In this document: piece by piece, positions 49,704-59,600 of the stretch
How positions within the stretch are numbered: position 1 is the stretch's first letter
How the letters are laid out: each line of letters opens with the position of its first letter
NCBI GenBank assembly: GCA_023818375.1
Contig: JAMWCC010000079.1
Span: 2,021-66,020, forward strand
DNA: 64,000 nt
Reading direction: 5' to 3'
Source: Candidatus Omnitrophota bacterium
Lineage (GTDB): Bacteria; Ratteibacteria; UBA8468; B48-G9; DTJG01
Program-made: the position numbers and the translations under genes
Notes under the pieces: generated by a model
Seen by the model: only the letters and a program-made list of their open reading frames with translations
What the model was told of the DNA's origin: nothing
Databases searched by the model: none

Positions 49704-50423
49704 TTATTTTTCAATCGGTGGGACATTTTCACATTCCTGCGCTTTAATAATTCTTGGAGCAGCCCATCGAACTGCATTTGTGATAACCTTCAATATGTTC
49801 TGGTCGTAGTAAATGGGAAATGTTTCATGACCTGGTGAAAAATAAAATATCCTTCCATGTCCGCGCTCCCAAACACAGCCGCTTCTGAAAACCTCTCCAC
49901 CAGGATACCAGGAAATAAAGATTATTTTTTCAGGTACTGGAATATCAAATCTTTCACCGTACATTTCGGTTTCTGGTAGTTCAAAATATTCTGGTATCCC
50001 CCGGGCTATTGGATGGGATGGTTCAATTGTCCAGATTCTTTCCTTTCCGCCATCCCGCCATTTCAAAACGCAGCTTGTTCCCATAAGTGCCTTGAAGATT
50101 TTTGAAAAATGGGCTGAATGAAGACAGATTATGCCCATACCTTCAAGAACTCTTTTGTGAACTCTTGCAACTATTTCATCCTTTACTTCATGATGATAAC
50201 CATGCCCCCACCAGATCAAAACATCAGTATTATCAACAACTTCCTGACTGAGTCCATGTTCTGGATCATCAAGACATGCCAGGGTTGCTTCAATATCTCC
50301 CTGCGCATTTAAGTGTTTTGCAATCACAGCGTGCATACCATCTGGATAAATCTTTTTTATCTTTTCGTTGTGTCTTTCATGCCTGAATTCATTCCACACA
50401 ACAACCTTTATTTTCTTTTCCAT
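49704..50423 (-). CDS. ThuA-like class I glutamine amidotransferase-fold protein
   Basis: KIKVVVW...HGYHH... pattern typical of the ThuA family. Start taken at the internal MEKKIK. Confidence 0.55.
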   Translation of the reverse strand: MEKKIKVVVWNEFRHERHNEKIKKIYPDGMHAVIAKHLNAQGDIEATLACLDDPEHGLSQEVVDNTDVLIWWGHGYHHEVKDEIVARVHKRVLEGMGIICLHSAHFSKIFKALMGTSCVLKWRDGGKERIWTIEPSHPIARGIPEYFELPETEMYGERFDIPVPEKIIFISWYPGGEVFRSGCVWERGHGRIFYFSPGHETFPIYYDQNILKVITNAVRWAAPRIIKAQECENVPPIEK

Positions 50424-50988
50424 CAGTTCCCCCTTGAAAATTCCCACCATTCACGATAATTTGTGCTGCTTCTTTAAGATTGGCAACAACAAAATCTGGC
50501 TTATAGTTCCAATTTTCTGTTTCTTCAACCGACTTTGTCTTGCCTGATAGAACAAGAATAGTTTTCATTCCTGTTTTTGCGCCAACTTCAATATCAACAT
50601 CGCTATCACCGATAAAAAAAGTTTTTCCTCTCTCAAAATCTCCAAACTCTGCAATAAATCTTTCTATCATGCCTGTCTTTGGTTTTCTGCAATTACAATT
50701 GTCTTCAGGCGTGTGTGTACAATAATAAACCTTAAAAATCTCAATACCCTGTTTTCTCAATTCATTCTGCATTTTTTCTGTGACATCCCACAAGTCCTGT
50801 TCAGAGAAAATCTTTCTTCCAACTCCTGCCTGATTTGAAATAATAACTATTCTGAAACCATTTTTAACAAGTGTTTGAAGCCCTTCAATTGCATCTGGCA
50901 GAAATTGGAATTCGCTCCAGTTTTTTATGTAGTCATCTGGCGTAAATATGGAAATCACTCCATCCCGGTCAAGAAAAGCAATTTTCAT
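50389..50988 (-). CDS. gmhB: D-glycero-D-manno-heptose 1,7-bisphosphate phosphatase GmhB (HAD-IIIA), with Gly/Cys-rich C-terminal tail
   Basis: [22 protein letters not shown] zinc loop, GDSDVD. Confidence 0.7.
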   Translation of the reverse strand: MKIAFLDRDGVISIFTPDDYIKNWSEFQFLPDAIEGLQTLVKNGFRIVIISNQAGVGRKIFSEQDLWDVTEKMQNELRKQGIEIFKVYYCTHTPEDNCNCRKPKTGMIERFIAEFGDFERGKTFFIGDSDVDIEVGAKTGMKTILVLSGKTKSVEETENWNYKPDFVVANLKEAAQIIVNGGNFQGGTDGKENKGCCVE

Positions 50989-52019
50989 TTTGAATAAAAA
51001 GGAATGGTTTCTTCAAATCCCATCATAATATTCATATTCTGTACTGCCTGTCCTGAAGCACCTTTTATAAGATTATCAATTGCACTGACAATACAGATGA
51101 AATTTTTTTCTATCTTTTTTATTCCTATATCGCAGAAGTTTGTTCCGACAACATTTTTTATTTCAGGAGAACAACCATATTCCATAACCCTTACAAATGG
51201 CTCTCCTTTATAAAACTCAAGATATGTTTCTTGAAGCACTTTTTCGTCCATATCATCAGATAATTCAGCATACATTGTTGTCAGAATACCACAGTTGATG
51301 GGTATCAGATGTGGAACAAATGTTATTTCAACTTTACAGCCCACTTTTCCAAGAATATGCTGAATTTCTGGCTGGTGCCGATGCTGTCCAATTTTATATG
51401 CGCGGCTGCTTTCGTTTCCTTCAGCAAATAAAAGTGCAACATCTGGTTTTCTTCCAGCGCCAGTAAAACCACTTAAAGAATTTACAATAATTCTTCCTTT
51501 TAAATTATTTTTTTTCGCAAGTGGTAAAAGCCCTAAGATTGCTGAAGTCGGATAACAACCAGGATTTGCAATAAGCTGAGCATTCTTAATATCCTGCCGA
51601 TAAATCTCTGGAAGTCCATAAACAGCTTTTTCAAGTAATTGTGGAGAGGTATGTTTTTGATACCATTTTTCATAAAGATTAACATCTGAAAACCTATAAT
51701 CAGCGCTTAAATCAATAACCCTTTTACCAAGGGACAAAATTTTTGGCACAAAGGACATCGAAACAACATGGGGAAGCGCAAGAAAAACTATATCACAATT
51801 ATTTTCAATTACTTCCCAGTCAATTTTATTTGTGCAATGAAGCTGTAGTGTTTTCGCAACTTTTGGATACATCTGGTCAATAGTCAAATCAGGTTCGTCA
51901 GGCGCAACAAATCCTGCAACTATTTCAATATGCGGGTGCAGCAGCAAAATCTCAACAAGTTTTCTGCCCGCGTATCCTGAAATTCCAAAAATTGCAACCT
52001 TGAATTTTTTGTTTTCCAT
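50985..52019 (-). CDS. argC: N-acetyl-gamma-glutamyl-phosphate reductase ArgC
   Basis: KVAIFGISGYAGRKL N-terminus; NPGCYPTS active-site Cys region. Confidence 0.9.
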   Translation of the reverse strand: MENKKFKVAIFGISGYAGRKLVEILLLHPHIEIVAGFVAPDEPDLTIDQMYPKVAKTLQLHCTNKIDWEVIENNCDIVFLALPHVVSMSFVPKILSLGKRVIDLSADYRFSDVNLYEKWYQKHTSPQLLEKAVYGLPEIYRQDIKNAQLIANPGCYPTSAILGLLPLAKKNNLKGRIIVNSLSGFTGAGRKPDVALLFAEGNESSRAYKIGQHRHQPEIQHILGKVGCKVEITFVPHLIPINCGILTTMYAELSDDMDEKVLQETYLEFYKGEPFVRVMEYGCSPEIKNVVGTNFCDIGIKKIEKNFICIVSAIDNLIKGASGQAVQNMNIMMGFEETIPFYSK

Positions 52020-52040
52020 TTTTTAATAGGGACAAAGAGA

Positions 52041-52433
52041 TTAACGCTTTGTCCACTGGAAGCGTTTTCTTGCTCCCTTCTGACCGTATTTCTTTCTTTC
52101 CTTCATCCGAGGGTCTCTGGTAAGAAGGGAAAACTCTCTCAGTTTAGGTGTGAAATCAGGGTTATATTTAACAAGGGCCCTTGCAATACCAAGTTTAATT
52201 GCATCTACTTGGCCTGATATCCCGCCGCCCAAACTTTTCACTTCAATATCAAACTTTCCATCTGTCTCAGTAACTTTAAGCGGCTTAATAACTTCCTGTT
52301 GCTGGGTGACAAGTGGAAAATATTTTTCCAGCGGCCTTCCATTGATCATAATCTTACCCTGCCCTTCAGTCATCTTAACAATTGCACGAGCTGTTTTTCT
52401 TCTTCCAACCGCAATCAAAAGATTTCCTTCCAT
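52041..52433 (-). CDS. rpsI: 30S ribosomal protein S9
   Basis: 130 aa. C-terminus KKYGQKGARKRFQWTKR. Confidence 0.9.
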   Translation of the reverse strand: MEGNLLIAVGRRKTARAIVKMTEGQGKIMINGRPLEKYFPLVTQQQEVIKPLKVTETDGKFDIEVKSLGGGISGQVDAIKLGIARALVKYNPDFTPKLREFSLLTRDPRMKERKKYGQKGARKRFQWTKR

Positions 52434-52467
52434 TTAACCTCCGATAAGATGATTTTTGCAAGATATT

Positions 52468-53994
52468 CTAAAATAACTCCGCTATTAAGTCAAATGAACC
52501 TTCTAACTGGCTGTACAACGACCTGAAAATATTGTATATTTTGGTGTAGAACTCGTAATTAGTTTTCTCTGGAATAAACTCATCCTTTATCTCAATAAAC
52601 ATATCACATGTTTTTTCAATTTCCGGGAAAATTTTTGTGCCAGAACCAGCAAGAAGCGCTGCTCCATATGCTGGACCTTCTTCAGAAACAAGACGCACCA
52701 TTTTCTCACCGATAATATCGGCAAGAAGCTGTGTCCAGAAACGACTTCTTGCGCCACCTCCTGAAACTCTGCAGTGACCACCAAAAGGAAGACCTATTTC
52801 CTTCATTATCTCAACACTATCCCTCAGACCAAAACTAACACCTTCAAGAACAGCCCTTATAAGGTCTGCTTTTGTTGTTTTTAATGATAATCCAAAAAAT
52901 ACTCCTTTTGCATTCGGGTCCGGATATGGACATCTTTCACCTGCAAGATAAGGTAAAAAAACCACACCATCACAACCGCGGGGTGCTTTTTCTGCGAGAG
53001 AAACAAGAATCTCATACGGATCTTTGCCAGTTGCTCTTGCCTGTTCTATCTCCTGTGTACCAAGCACATCCCTGAACCATCTGAAAGAACCCCCTGCAGA
53101 AAGCATTACACCCATCAGATGCCATTTTCCCGGCACAGCATGGCAGAATGTGTGCAATCTTCCTTTTGGATCAACAAAGACCTTATCAGAAAAAGCAAAA
53201 ACAACACCACTTGTTCCAAGGGATATTGAAATAAGTTTTTCTTTTGTAATTCCTGTACCGATTGCGCCTGCTGCCTGATCCCCTGCTCCTGCAACAACAG
53301 GGACACCAGCCGGAATACCTGTTAAATTTTGTATCTCATTGGAAATTGTTGCGGTTATCTCTACAGATTCAAAAGGAGAAGGCAACCACTGTAAAGGTAT
53401 TTCAAGTATATCAAGTATCTCCTGCGACCAGTTTCGTTTTTTTACATCAAACAAACTCGTTCCTGAAGCATCGGAAACATCAGTGGCAAACTCTCCTGTA
53501 AGACGAAACCTGATATAGTCCTTTGGCAATAAAACCTTTTTTACATTCTTATAAATCTCTGGATGATTATTTTTCAGCCACAGTATCTTTGGTGCCTGAA
53601 ATCCTGTAAGAACAGGATTGCAGGTAATATCAAAAATTTTTTCTTTACCCACCTTTTCATTTATTTCATCACACTCTCTTGCTGTTCTCTGGTCGCACCA
53701 CAAAATTGCAGGATACAAAATATTTCCATTCTGATCAAGAAAAACAGAGCCGTGCATCTGTCCTGTAAGACCGATACCTACTAAAGAAGAAGGATTAATC
53801 CTGCTAACCAGTGATTTAAGAGATTTTATTGTTGCCTGCCACCAAGATTCAGGATCCTGTTGAGCCCAGAGTGGTTTTGGTGTTATAAGTGGGTACCCTT
53901 CTACACAGGAATCTATAACCTTTCCTTTTTCATCGACAAGTACACTTTTGACCCCGGTTGTCCCAAGGTCTATGCCGATAACATATCTTTGCAT
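52468..53994 (-). CDS. xylB: FGGY-family carbohydrate kinase (xylulokinase-like)
   Basis: IGIDLGTTGVKS N-terminus; 508 aa with FGGY N- and C-domains. Confidence 0.8.
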   Translation of the reverse strand: MQRYVIGIDLGTTGVKSVLVDEKGKVIDSCVEGYPLITPKPLWAQQDPESWWQATIKSLKSLVSRINPSSLVGIGLTGQMHGSVFLDQNGNILYPAILWCDQRTARECDEINEKVGKEKIFDITCNPVLTGFQAPKILWLKNNHPEIYKNVKKVLLPKDYIRFRLTGEFATDVSDASGTSLFDVKKRNWSQEILDILEIPLQWLPSPFESVEITATISNEIQNLTGIPAGVPVVAGAGDQAAGAIGTGITKEKLISISLGTSGVVFAFSDKVFVDPKGRLHTFCHAVPGKWHLMGVMLSAGGSFRWFRDVLGTQEIEQARATGKDPYEILVSLAEKAPRGCDGVVFLPYLAGERCPYPDPNAKGVFFGLSLKTTKADLIRAVLEGVSFGLRDSVEIMKEIGLPFGGHCRVSGGGARSRFWTQLLADIIGEKMVRLVSEEGPAYGAALLAGSGTKIFPEIEKTCDMFIEIKDEFIPEKTNYEFYTKIYNIFRSLYSQLEGSFDLIAELF

Positions 53995-53995
53995 A

Positions 53996-55126
53996 TTATT
54001 CTTTTGAAGCCGCTGGCGGATAAAGCAAATTCAGATACCTTGTAGGTACATTTCCCTGTCTTGTATCACCCTCATGGACATAGATTCTATAAAAAAGTTT
54101 CATTTCCTGACATGCAGGCAGAATATATGTACCTGAAATTTTTTTATCTCCTGTAAAATCACTTAGTCCAAAAAAGTTTGCACTGAAAAGCCCATAGTTT
54201 CTGATATGCCACCATGTTGGGTATCTCAGGTTTGTTGGATAGTCAAAAACTGATACACCAACTGTCACACCATCAACAGGTCCATAGTAATCACACCACT
54301 GTGCCCTTTTGCCCCAGCACTCGTCTTCGTTTATTCCGCCTATGGAATTTTCAAAAGCACCATATTGGTTGGCTTGCATCGATGGCATAACTCTAACACT
54401 CAAAAGTCCAGATTCCTTTGTATCTTTGAAAACAAGTTCTCCCTCAGTTGCTTTCAGTATAGTGACATGATCAATAATTCTTGCTGAAGCAGGCATATTA
54501 TAAACAGTTATAATCCTTTCTTCTTCGCAGATTTTTTTTGTTTTTGAGTTGTCCATCCAGAAACTTATTGCGTGCAGTCTTCCAAAAACCGATCCACTGA
54601 CAATTTCAACAAAGCTCTGGTGAACTGTCCAGCCATGGCAACCCTCAACTTCGCTCCAGTTGTCAACCCCATTAATATCTCCGTGTGCCACCCATACACC
54701 CCTGTGATGGACATGATCAAGATTTTCTGGATTTCCTTCTGGTGCAGGTGGCCTAAGAACCGATTTACCCTGCACTGTTATCAGAGGATTTAGATAAGGT
54801 CTGACAACATGGCTTCCGTAATGATAGGTTGAAAAATGTTCATTACCTATCATAATATCAACAACACCTTTTTCTGGATTATTCAGCAACTTAACCTGTG
54901 CATCCTGCATGGCACTCTGTTTTATTTCCAGTTCAACAGATTCATTCTGAGCGATATCTGGCAAAAGTACTACAATTTTTTTGTTCTTCAAATCTACCTG
55001 TGTCGGTATCTCCTGCCCATTCAAAAGACATACCACACTTTCATTTCCATCATAATCAATGAAATATGGACCTTCAAGCCACTTCCTTTTTTTGTTTTCA
55101 ATGCGTATTTTCATTTTCTCCTCCAA
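53996..55126 (-). CDS. Conserved hypothetical protein (PmoA/DUF6807-like, often found near sugar-catabolism genes)
   Basis: 376 aa. His-rich segment HVHHRGVWVAHGD. No firm family assignment. Confidence 0.35.
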   Translation of the reverse strand: MEEKMKIRIENKKRKWLEGPYFIDYDGNESVVCLLNGQEIPTQVDLKNKKIVVLLPDIAQNESVELEIKQSAMQDAQVKLLNNPEKGVVDIMIGNEHFSTYHYGSHVVRPYLNPLITVQGKSVLRPPAPEGNPENLDHVHHRGVWVAHGDINGVDNWSEVEGCHGWTVHQSFVEIVSGSVFGRLHAISFWMDNSKTKKICEEERIITVYNMPASARIIDHVTILKATEGELVFKDTKESGLLSVRVMPSMQANQYGAFENSIGGINEDECWGKRAQWCDYYGPVDGVTVGVSVFDYPTNLRYPTWWHIRNYGLFSANFFGLSDFTGDKKISGTYILPACQEMKLFYRIYVHEGDTRQGNVPTRYLNLLYPPAASKE

Positions 55127-55419
55127 AAAATTATGGGAAAAAGATGACCTAATACACTAATTTTAATAATAATTTTGAGATTGTCAAAAACGCAATTTTC
55201 TGTAGATTCAGCTAATCACGCATACATCACGAATTTATCTCTCCAAGATCTTCTCATCATGGTGTAATTTTGCTGGCCAGTAAGTTTATGATTGCATTGG
55301 TTTTTTTACCATTTTTAACATATTAGCATAAGATGGTTTCCAAATATGAGCAAAGATATTTCTCAAGTTAATTTTTTGGCACACAAATTTAAGTTATAAT
55401 CTAATAAAAAGGATTTCAA

Positions 55420-55707
55420 ATGACGCTTGAAGAAATAAAAAACAAAATAAACAGTCACAGAGAAGAATTAGAAAAAAAGTTCAAGGTAAAAAAAATCGCT
55501 ATATTTGGTTCGTATTCACGAAAAGAGCAAACGGAAACAAGTGATTTAGATATCCTGGTTGAATTCAGCGAACCTGTTGGTTTTCTTTTCTTTCACCTTG
55601 CTGATTATCTCGAAGAAATTTTGAAAGTAAAGATTGACCTGGTCACTCCTGAAAGTATCAAACCCAACAGAAGAAAATATATAATTAAGGATTTAACTTA
55701 TGTCTGA
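55420..55707 (+). CDS. Minimal nucleotidyltransferase (MNT antitoxin-like, HepT/MNT family)
   Basis: GSYSRKEQTETSDLDILVEF nucleotidyltransferase motif. 95 aa. Confidence 0.75.
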   Translation: MTLEEIKNKINSHREELEKKFKVKKIAIFGSYSRKEQTETSDLDILVEFSEPVGFLFFHLADYLEEILKVKIDLVTPESIKPNRRKYIIKDLTYV

Positions 55708-55774
55708 AAGAAACTGGAAACTTTTCATTGAAGACATTCTTGAATCGTATTTTTCACTCATCTTTAGATTATAA
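55700..55774 (+). pseudogene. Truncated hepT (HEPN/DUF86 toxin) remnant, 24 codons, overlapping the MNT stop (ATGTCTGA)
   Basis: MSERNWKLFIEDILESYF resembles a HepT N-terminus, then stops. The HEPN RxxxxH region is missing. Confidence 0.5.
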
Positions 55775-55814
55775 GATGCTCATTTCCCGTCAAACCTCCA
55801 TTTTAATATCCCGG

Positions 55815-56020
55815 TCACTTCTCCCTTTATAAAAGGTAGACGGAAAAGGATTTTGAAATCTCCCCCAGCCCCTCTTTTAAAAAGAGGGAAGTAGAGTATT
55901 TTCCCCCTTTATAAAAGGGGGACAAAGGGGGATTTAGTTATTTCTCTTTCCTTTTACAAAAGGGAGAGCAGAGAGGGATTTTGAAATCTCCCCCAGCCCC
56001 TCTTTTAAAAAGAGGGGAAT
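55815..56020. repeat. Cluster of palindromic repeats. Two 41-bp direct repeats (55848-55888, 55976-56016), each holding the CCCTCTTTTAAAAAGAGGG palindrome, plus three related C-tract/ATAAAA/G-tract hairpins
   Basis: Read directly from the sequence. Non-coding. Lies between the hepT remnant and tRNA-Met. Confidence 0.7.
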
Positions 56021-56154
56021 AAATGTTCGCCCATTACAAGCAAAGAGGTGTTAACCTGTACATAAGGTAACTTGTGTACCCACTCATTTTAAAAGTTGAA
56101 ATACACAAAAAAAATGGTAAACTATTTTTGATAAAAATCGTTGAAAAACATCAT

Positions 56155-56229
56155 GGACCCGTAGCTCAAGGGCAGAGCAGCGGACTCATAATCCGTTGGT
56201 TGCTGGTTCGAATCCGGCCGGGTCCACCA
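56155..56229 (+). tRNA. tRNA-Met or tRNA-Ile2 (anticodon CAT), elongator-type, CCA encoded
   Basis: Folded by hand. Acceptor GGACCCG/CGGGTCC with G1:C72. Anticodon arm GCGGA-CTCATAA-TCCGT. T-loop TTCGAAT. Ends ACCA. Confidence 0.8.
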
Positions 56230-56353
56230 AAATCTTGTTTTTCCTTTGTTGTGGTCTTCTTGAAAGAGAGTTAATAATTTTAAAAAGAAAGAATCATGCT
56301 GCACCGAAATTTTGACTTGCAGAAATTTGAAGTCGATCTTTTCCGGAAATTTC

Positions 56354-56382
56354 TTTACATTAGCGAAACAATTTTGTATCAT
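56354..56382 (+). promoter_or_regulatory. Promoter of the HTH regulator (TTTACA-17-TATCAT) with adjacent palindromes (GACTT-N11-AAGTC at 56314-56334; GAAATTTC at 56346-56353)
   Basis: Hexamers and inverted repeats read directly. Arrangement resembles C-box operators of R-M controller proteins. Confidence 0.4.
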
Positions 56383-56426
56383 AATTAAGTAAGGGTTTGT
56401 CTTGCAGTTATTTTTGTTATGATATC

Positions 56427-56648
56427 ATGATGAAAAAAGTAACTTCACCAGTAGGTAAAAGTATAAAGAGATTCAGGAAACAAGTTAATTTGTTGCGAGA
56501 TCGGCATCTCACACCATATGATATCTTCGAAAATCTGAAAATAAAATTAAAATCTGGCATTACCAATCCTTCAACTAAGGCGGTTCAAAAAGTTGCCAAG
56601 GTCCTGAATGTTTCCGTTAGACCATTATTGGAAAATAAAAAGCTATGA
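56427..56648 (+). CDS. XRE-family HTH transcriptional regulator (controller C-protein-like)
   Basis: SIKRFRKQVNLLRDRHLTPYDIF...NPSTKAVQKVAKVLNVSVRPLL resembles an HTH_XRE domain. Stop overlaps the start of the downstream methyltransferase gene. Confidence 0.5.
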   Translation: MMKKVTSPVGKSIKRFRKQVNLLRDRHLTPYDIFENLKIKLKSGITNPSTKAVQKVAKVLNVSVRPLLENKKL

Positions 56649-59600
56649 CAAAAAAACTCTTACCGAATACAAACCATGCTTCGCTTCTTAAATTTGCAGA
56701 TGAACTTGTTTTAAGAACAAAAGATCTACTTCGCGAAGCCAAAACTGAAGAAGATTTAAGGATTGGGTTTGAAAAACTTTTGGAGTCGATAAGAGCTGGA
56801 TTGAATTTAAAATCAACTCCGAGATATGAAAAATCAGTTTATAGTGGCCGCTCTGATGCAGTACACGGACAAGTTATTATTGAATACGAACCCCCAAATT
56901 CTTTTTCGTCAAGAAAAAACATAGACCACGCCTACGAGCAATTGGTAAATTACTTGTCCGATGAAACAGAAGCAACTAAACTTACTCAAGTAGGAGTAGG
57001 TTTTGACGGAGCCAAGATTTTTTTTGTTCAATACCAGGGTAAAAATGACGAAAGGATAGACAGAGCAAAATTTTTTATTCGCGGTCCATATGATTTCAAT
57101 CCAGAAAGTGCCAGAACTTTTTTAATCCATTTGCGGGCTTTATCTCGCCTCCCTCTCACTGCCGAAAATTTGGCTCAAAAATTTGGCCCTCAAAGCGAGC
57201 TTGCGCCCAAAATGGTCTCCGCTCTTGCTAACGCCTTGGCATATTGGGGCGACCAAACGCATATTCGCACATTTTTTAATGAGTGGAAAAGATTATTTGG
57301 AATTGTTTATGGCGAACAATTTACTGGTGGTCAGCAGGAAAAAGAAGCAGAAAAACTTTCAAAACTTTACAGGGTTGGAACTGGAACAGACTTTCAGGAA
57401 CTTTTATTTTCTGTCCACACCTATTTTGCACTTTTAATGAAACTTATCGCCGCCGAACTTTTGACTTTACGGGAAACATCTTTCGGTTCATCTCTTGCGT
57501 CCCAATTTACTCATATTTCTGACGATGAACTTAAACAACAACTTGAAAATATAGAAAACGGTGGAATTTACTCCCAAAAAGGAATTACCAATTTTTTGGA
57601 AGGTGACTTTTTCCGCTGGTATCTTGATGCTTTTGATTCTCCGGAACTAAAAGAAGCAATCCGTGAAATTGCTCGATGCCTTTCTGAATTTGAACCAGCA
57701 ACCAGTACCTTGGATCCGGTTTCAACGCGTGATCTTCTTAAAAAACTTTATCAGTATTTAGTCCCGCAGGAAGTTCGCCATCGCTTAGGTGAATATTACA
57801 CACCCGACTGGTTAGCGGAATTATTGCTAAATGAGGTTGGCTATGACGGCAACACGCTTAAAAGATTTTTAGACCCGGCTTGCGGGTCAGGCACTTTTCT
57901 TGTTTTAGCTATCCAGCGAGCAATAGAGCATGGCCGAGAAAAAGAAAAAATTCCAGATCTGGAAATTGGCAAAAGAATTTTAGCAAACATATGGGGATTT
58001 GATTTAAATCCTTTGGCAGTTATCGCTGCTCGCACCAATTACCTTTTTGCTTTGGGCGATTTAATCAATGAAATATTGAGTAGAGGTGGAAAAATTGAAA
58101 TCCCGGTTTATCTTGCTGATTCTGTTCTATGGCCAGAACAAGTGGGGGGACAGATCCAACTAAATTTTTATGGCGGCGATTATGTAAAAGTAAAAACCTC
58201 TGTAAAAGAATTCCATGTGCCTGCTATTTGGATTCAAGACAAGGGATTTAGAATGCAGGAAGCCGCCTCAATGATAGAAGATTTTACTAAAGCGGAATTT
58301 GAGCCAGAAATTGCTATGAAGCATTTCAAAAAAAGAGGGTTAGCTTTCTCGCCAAATGAGCAGATTGTAGAAAATTTTTATAAAGAAGTTTTAGAACTGG
58401 AAAAGAAAAAACAAAACGGCATTTGGGCAAGATTTTTGAAAAACGCCTTTGCACCAATGGTTGCAGGAAAATTTGATTTTGTCGTCGGTAATCCACCGTG
58501 GATATTATGGGAATACCTTTCCAAAGAATATAGAGAAGCGACACAAAATTTGTGGGACGATTATGGCCTTACCAGAATTGGCCAAACACGGAATGTTCTT
58601 ATTAGAGGACGGCGAGATTTTTCAATGCTCTTTGTTTATGCTTCGGCTGATTATTATCTCAAAGGTGGGGCAAAATTAGGGTTTTTGATAACTCAAGAGG
58701 TTTTTAAATCAAAAGGTGCTGGAGAAGGATTTAGAAGATTCCAGTTAGGAGATAAAGAATATCTTAAAGTATTAAAAGCCCATGACTTAGTCTCAATTCA
58801 ACCATTTGAAGGTGCAGCAAATAAAACCGCGGTAATAATTCTTAAAAGAGGTGAGAAGACCGAATATCCTTTGCCATATTTTATTTGGACCAAGAAAAAA
58901 AGTGTTAGTAAAATTGCCACTGATAAATTATTAGATGAGGTTTTACCGCTCTTGCAGAAGAAAAAATATAGCGCTAAGCCAATTGGCTCTGATGTGGGAG
59001 CTTGGCAAACTCAAATAAAAGAAGCAGAGTGTCCAGCTGTTGAAGGGCAAAATTATTACAAAGCAAAGATAGGTGTTGTTGTTTCTCCATACAGTGTATT
59101 TTGGCTAAAAGTAAAACAGGTTTTATCTAATGGCGACCTACTGATAAATAACCTCAATGAAGAAGGGAAAGTCAAAGTTCCAATTATTGAAGCAACAATT
59201 GAACATGAGTTGGTTTATCCTGCTATAAAAAGTTCTGATATTACGAGATGGCTGGCGAGTCCAGAAATATTCGTATTAATCACTCATCCTGCATCACAAA
59301 TACCTCACAATGAAACAACAATGAGAAATAGGTGGCCGAAAATTTATAGCTACTTACTCAATTTTAAAGATATCCTAGCACAAATGGCTCTCTATAAGCA
59401 TTTCCATGAGCCAGTGGGTAATCCCTTTTATGGACAGCGGAATATTGGAGAACATGTATTTTCTCTTTATAAAGTTGTGTGGCGGAGGCAAGCTTCCGAT
59501 ATAAGCGCGGCCGTAGTCTCTCAACACAAAACCTTATTTGGTTACAGACCAGTAGTTGTGCTTGACCCTTCGGTTCTGATATCTACCAACTCCGAATCCG

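Noticed and set aside
55790-56030. Possible CRISPR array, because of regularly spaced repeats
   Set aside because: Only two copies of the 41-bp unit. The units are themselves palindromic around an A/T loop, the sequences between them are related hairpins rather than unique spacers, and no cas genes are nearby.
56074-56382. ORF-track ORFs 56074-56274 (+) and 56122-56382 (-)
   Set aside because: They overlap the hand-folded tRNA-Met (56155-56229) and have no RBS or protein features, so they are spurious.
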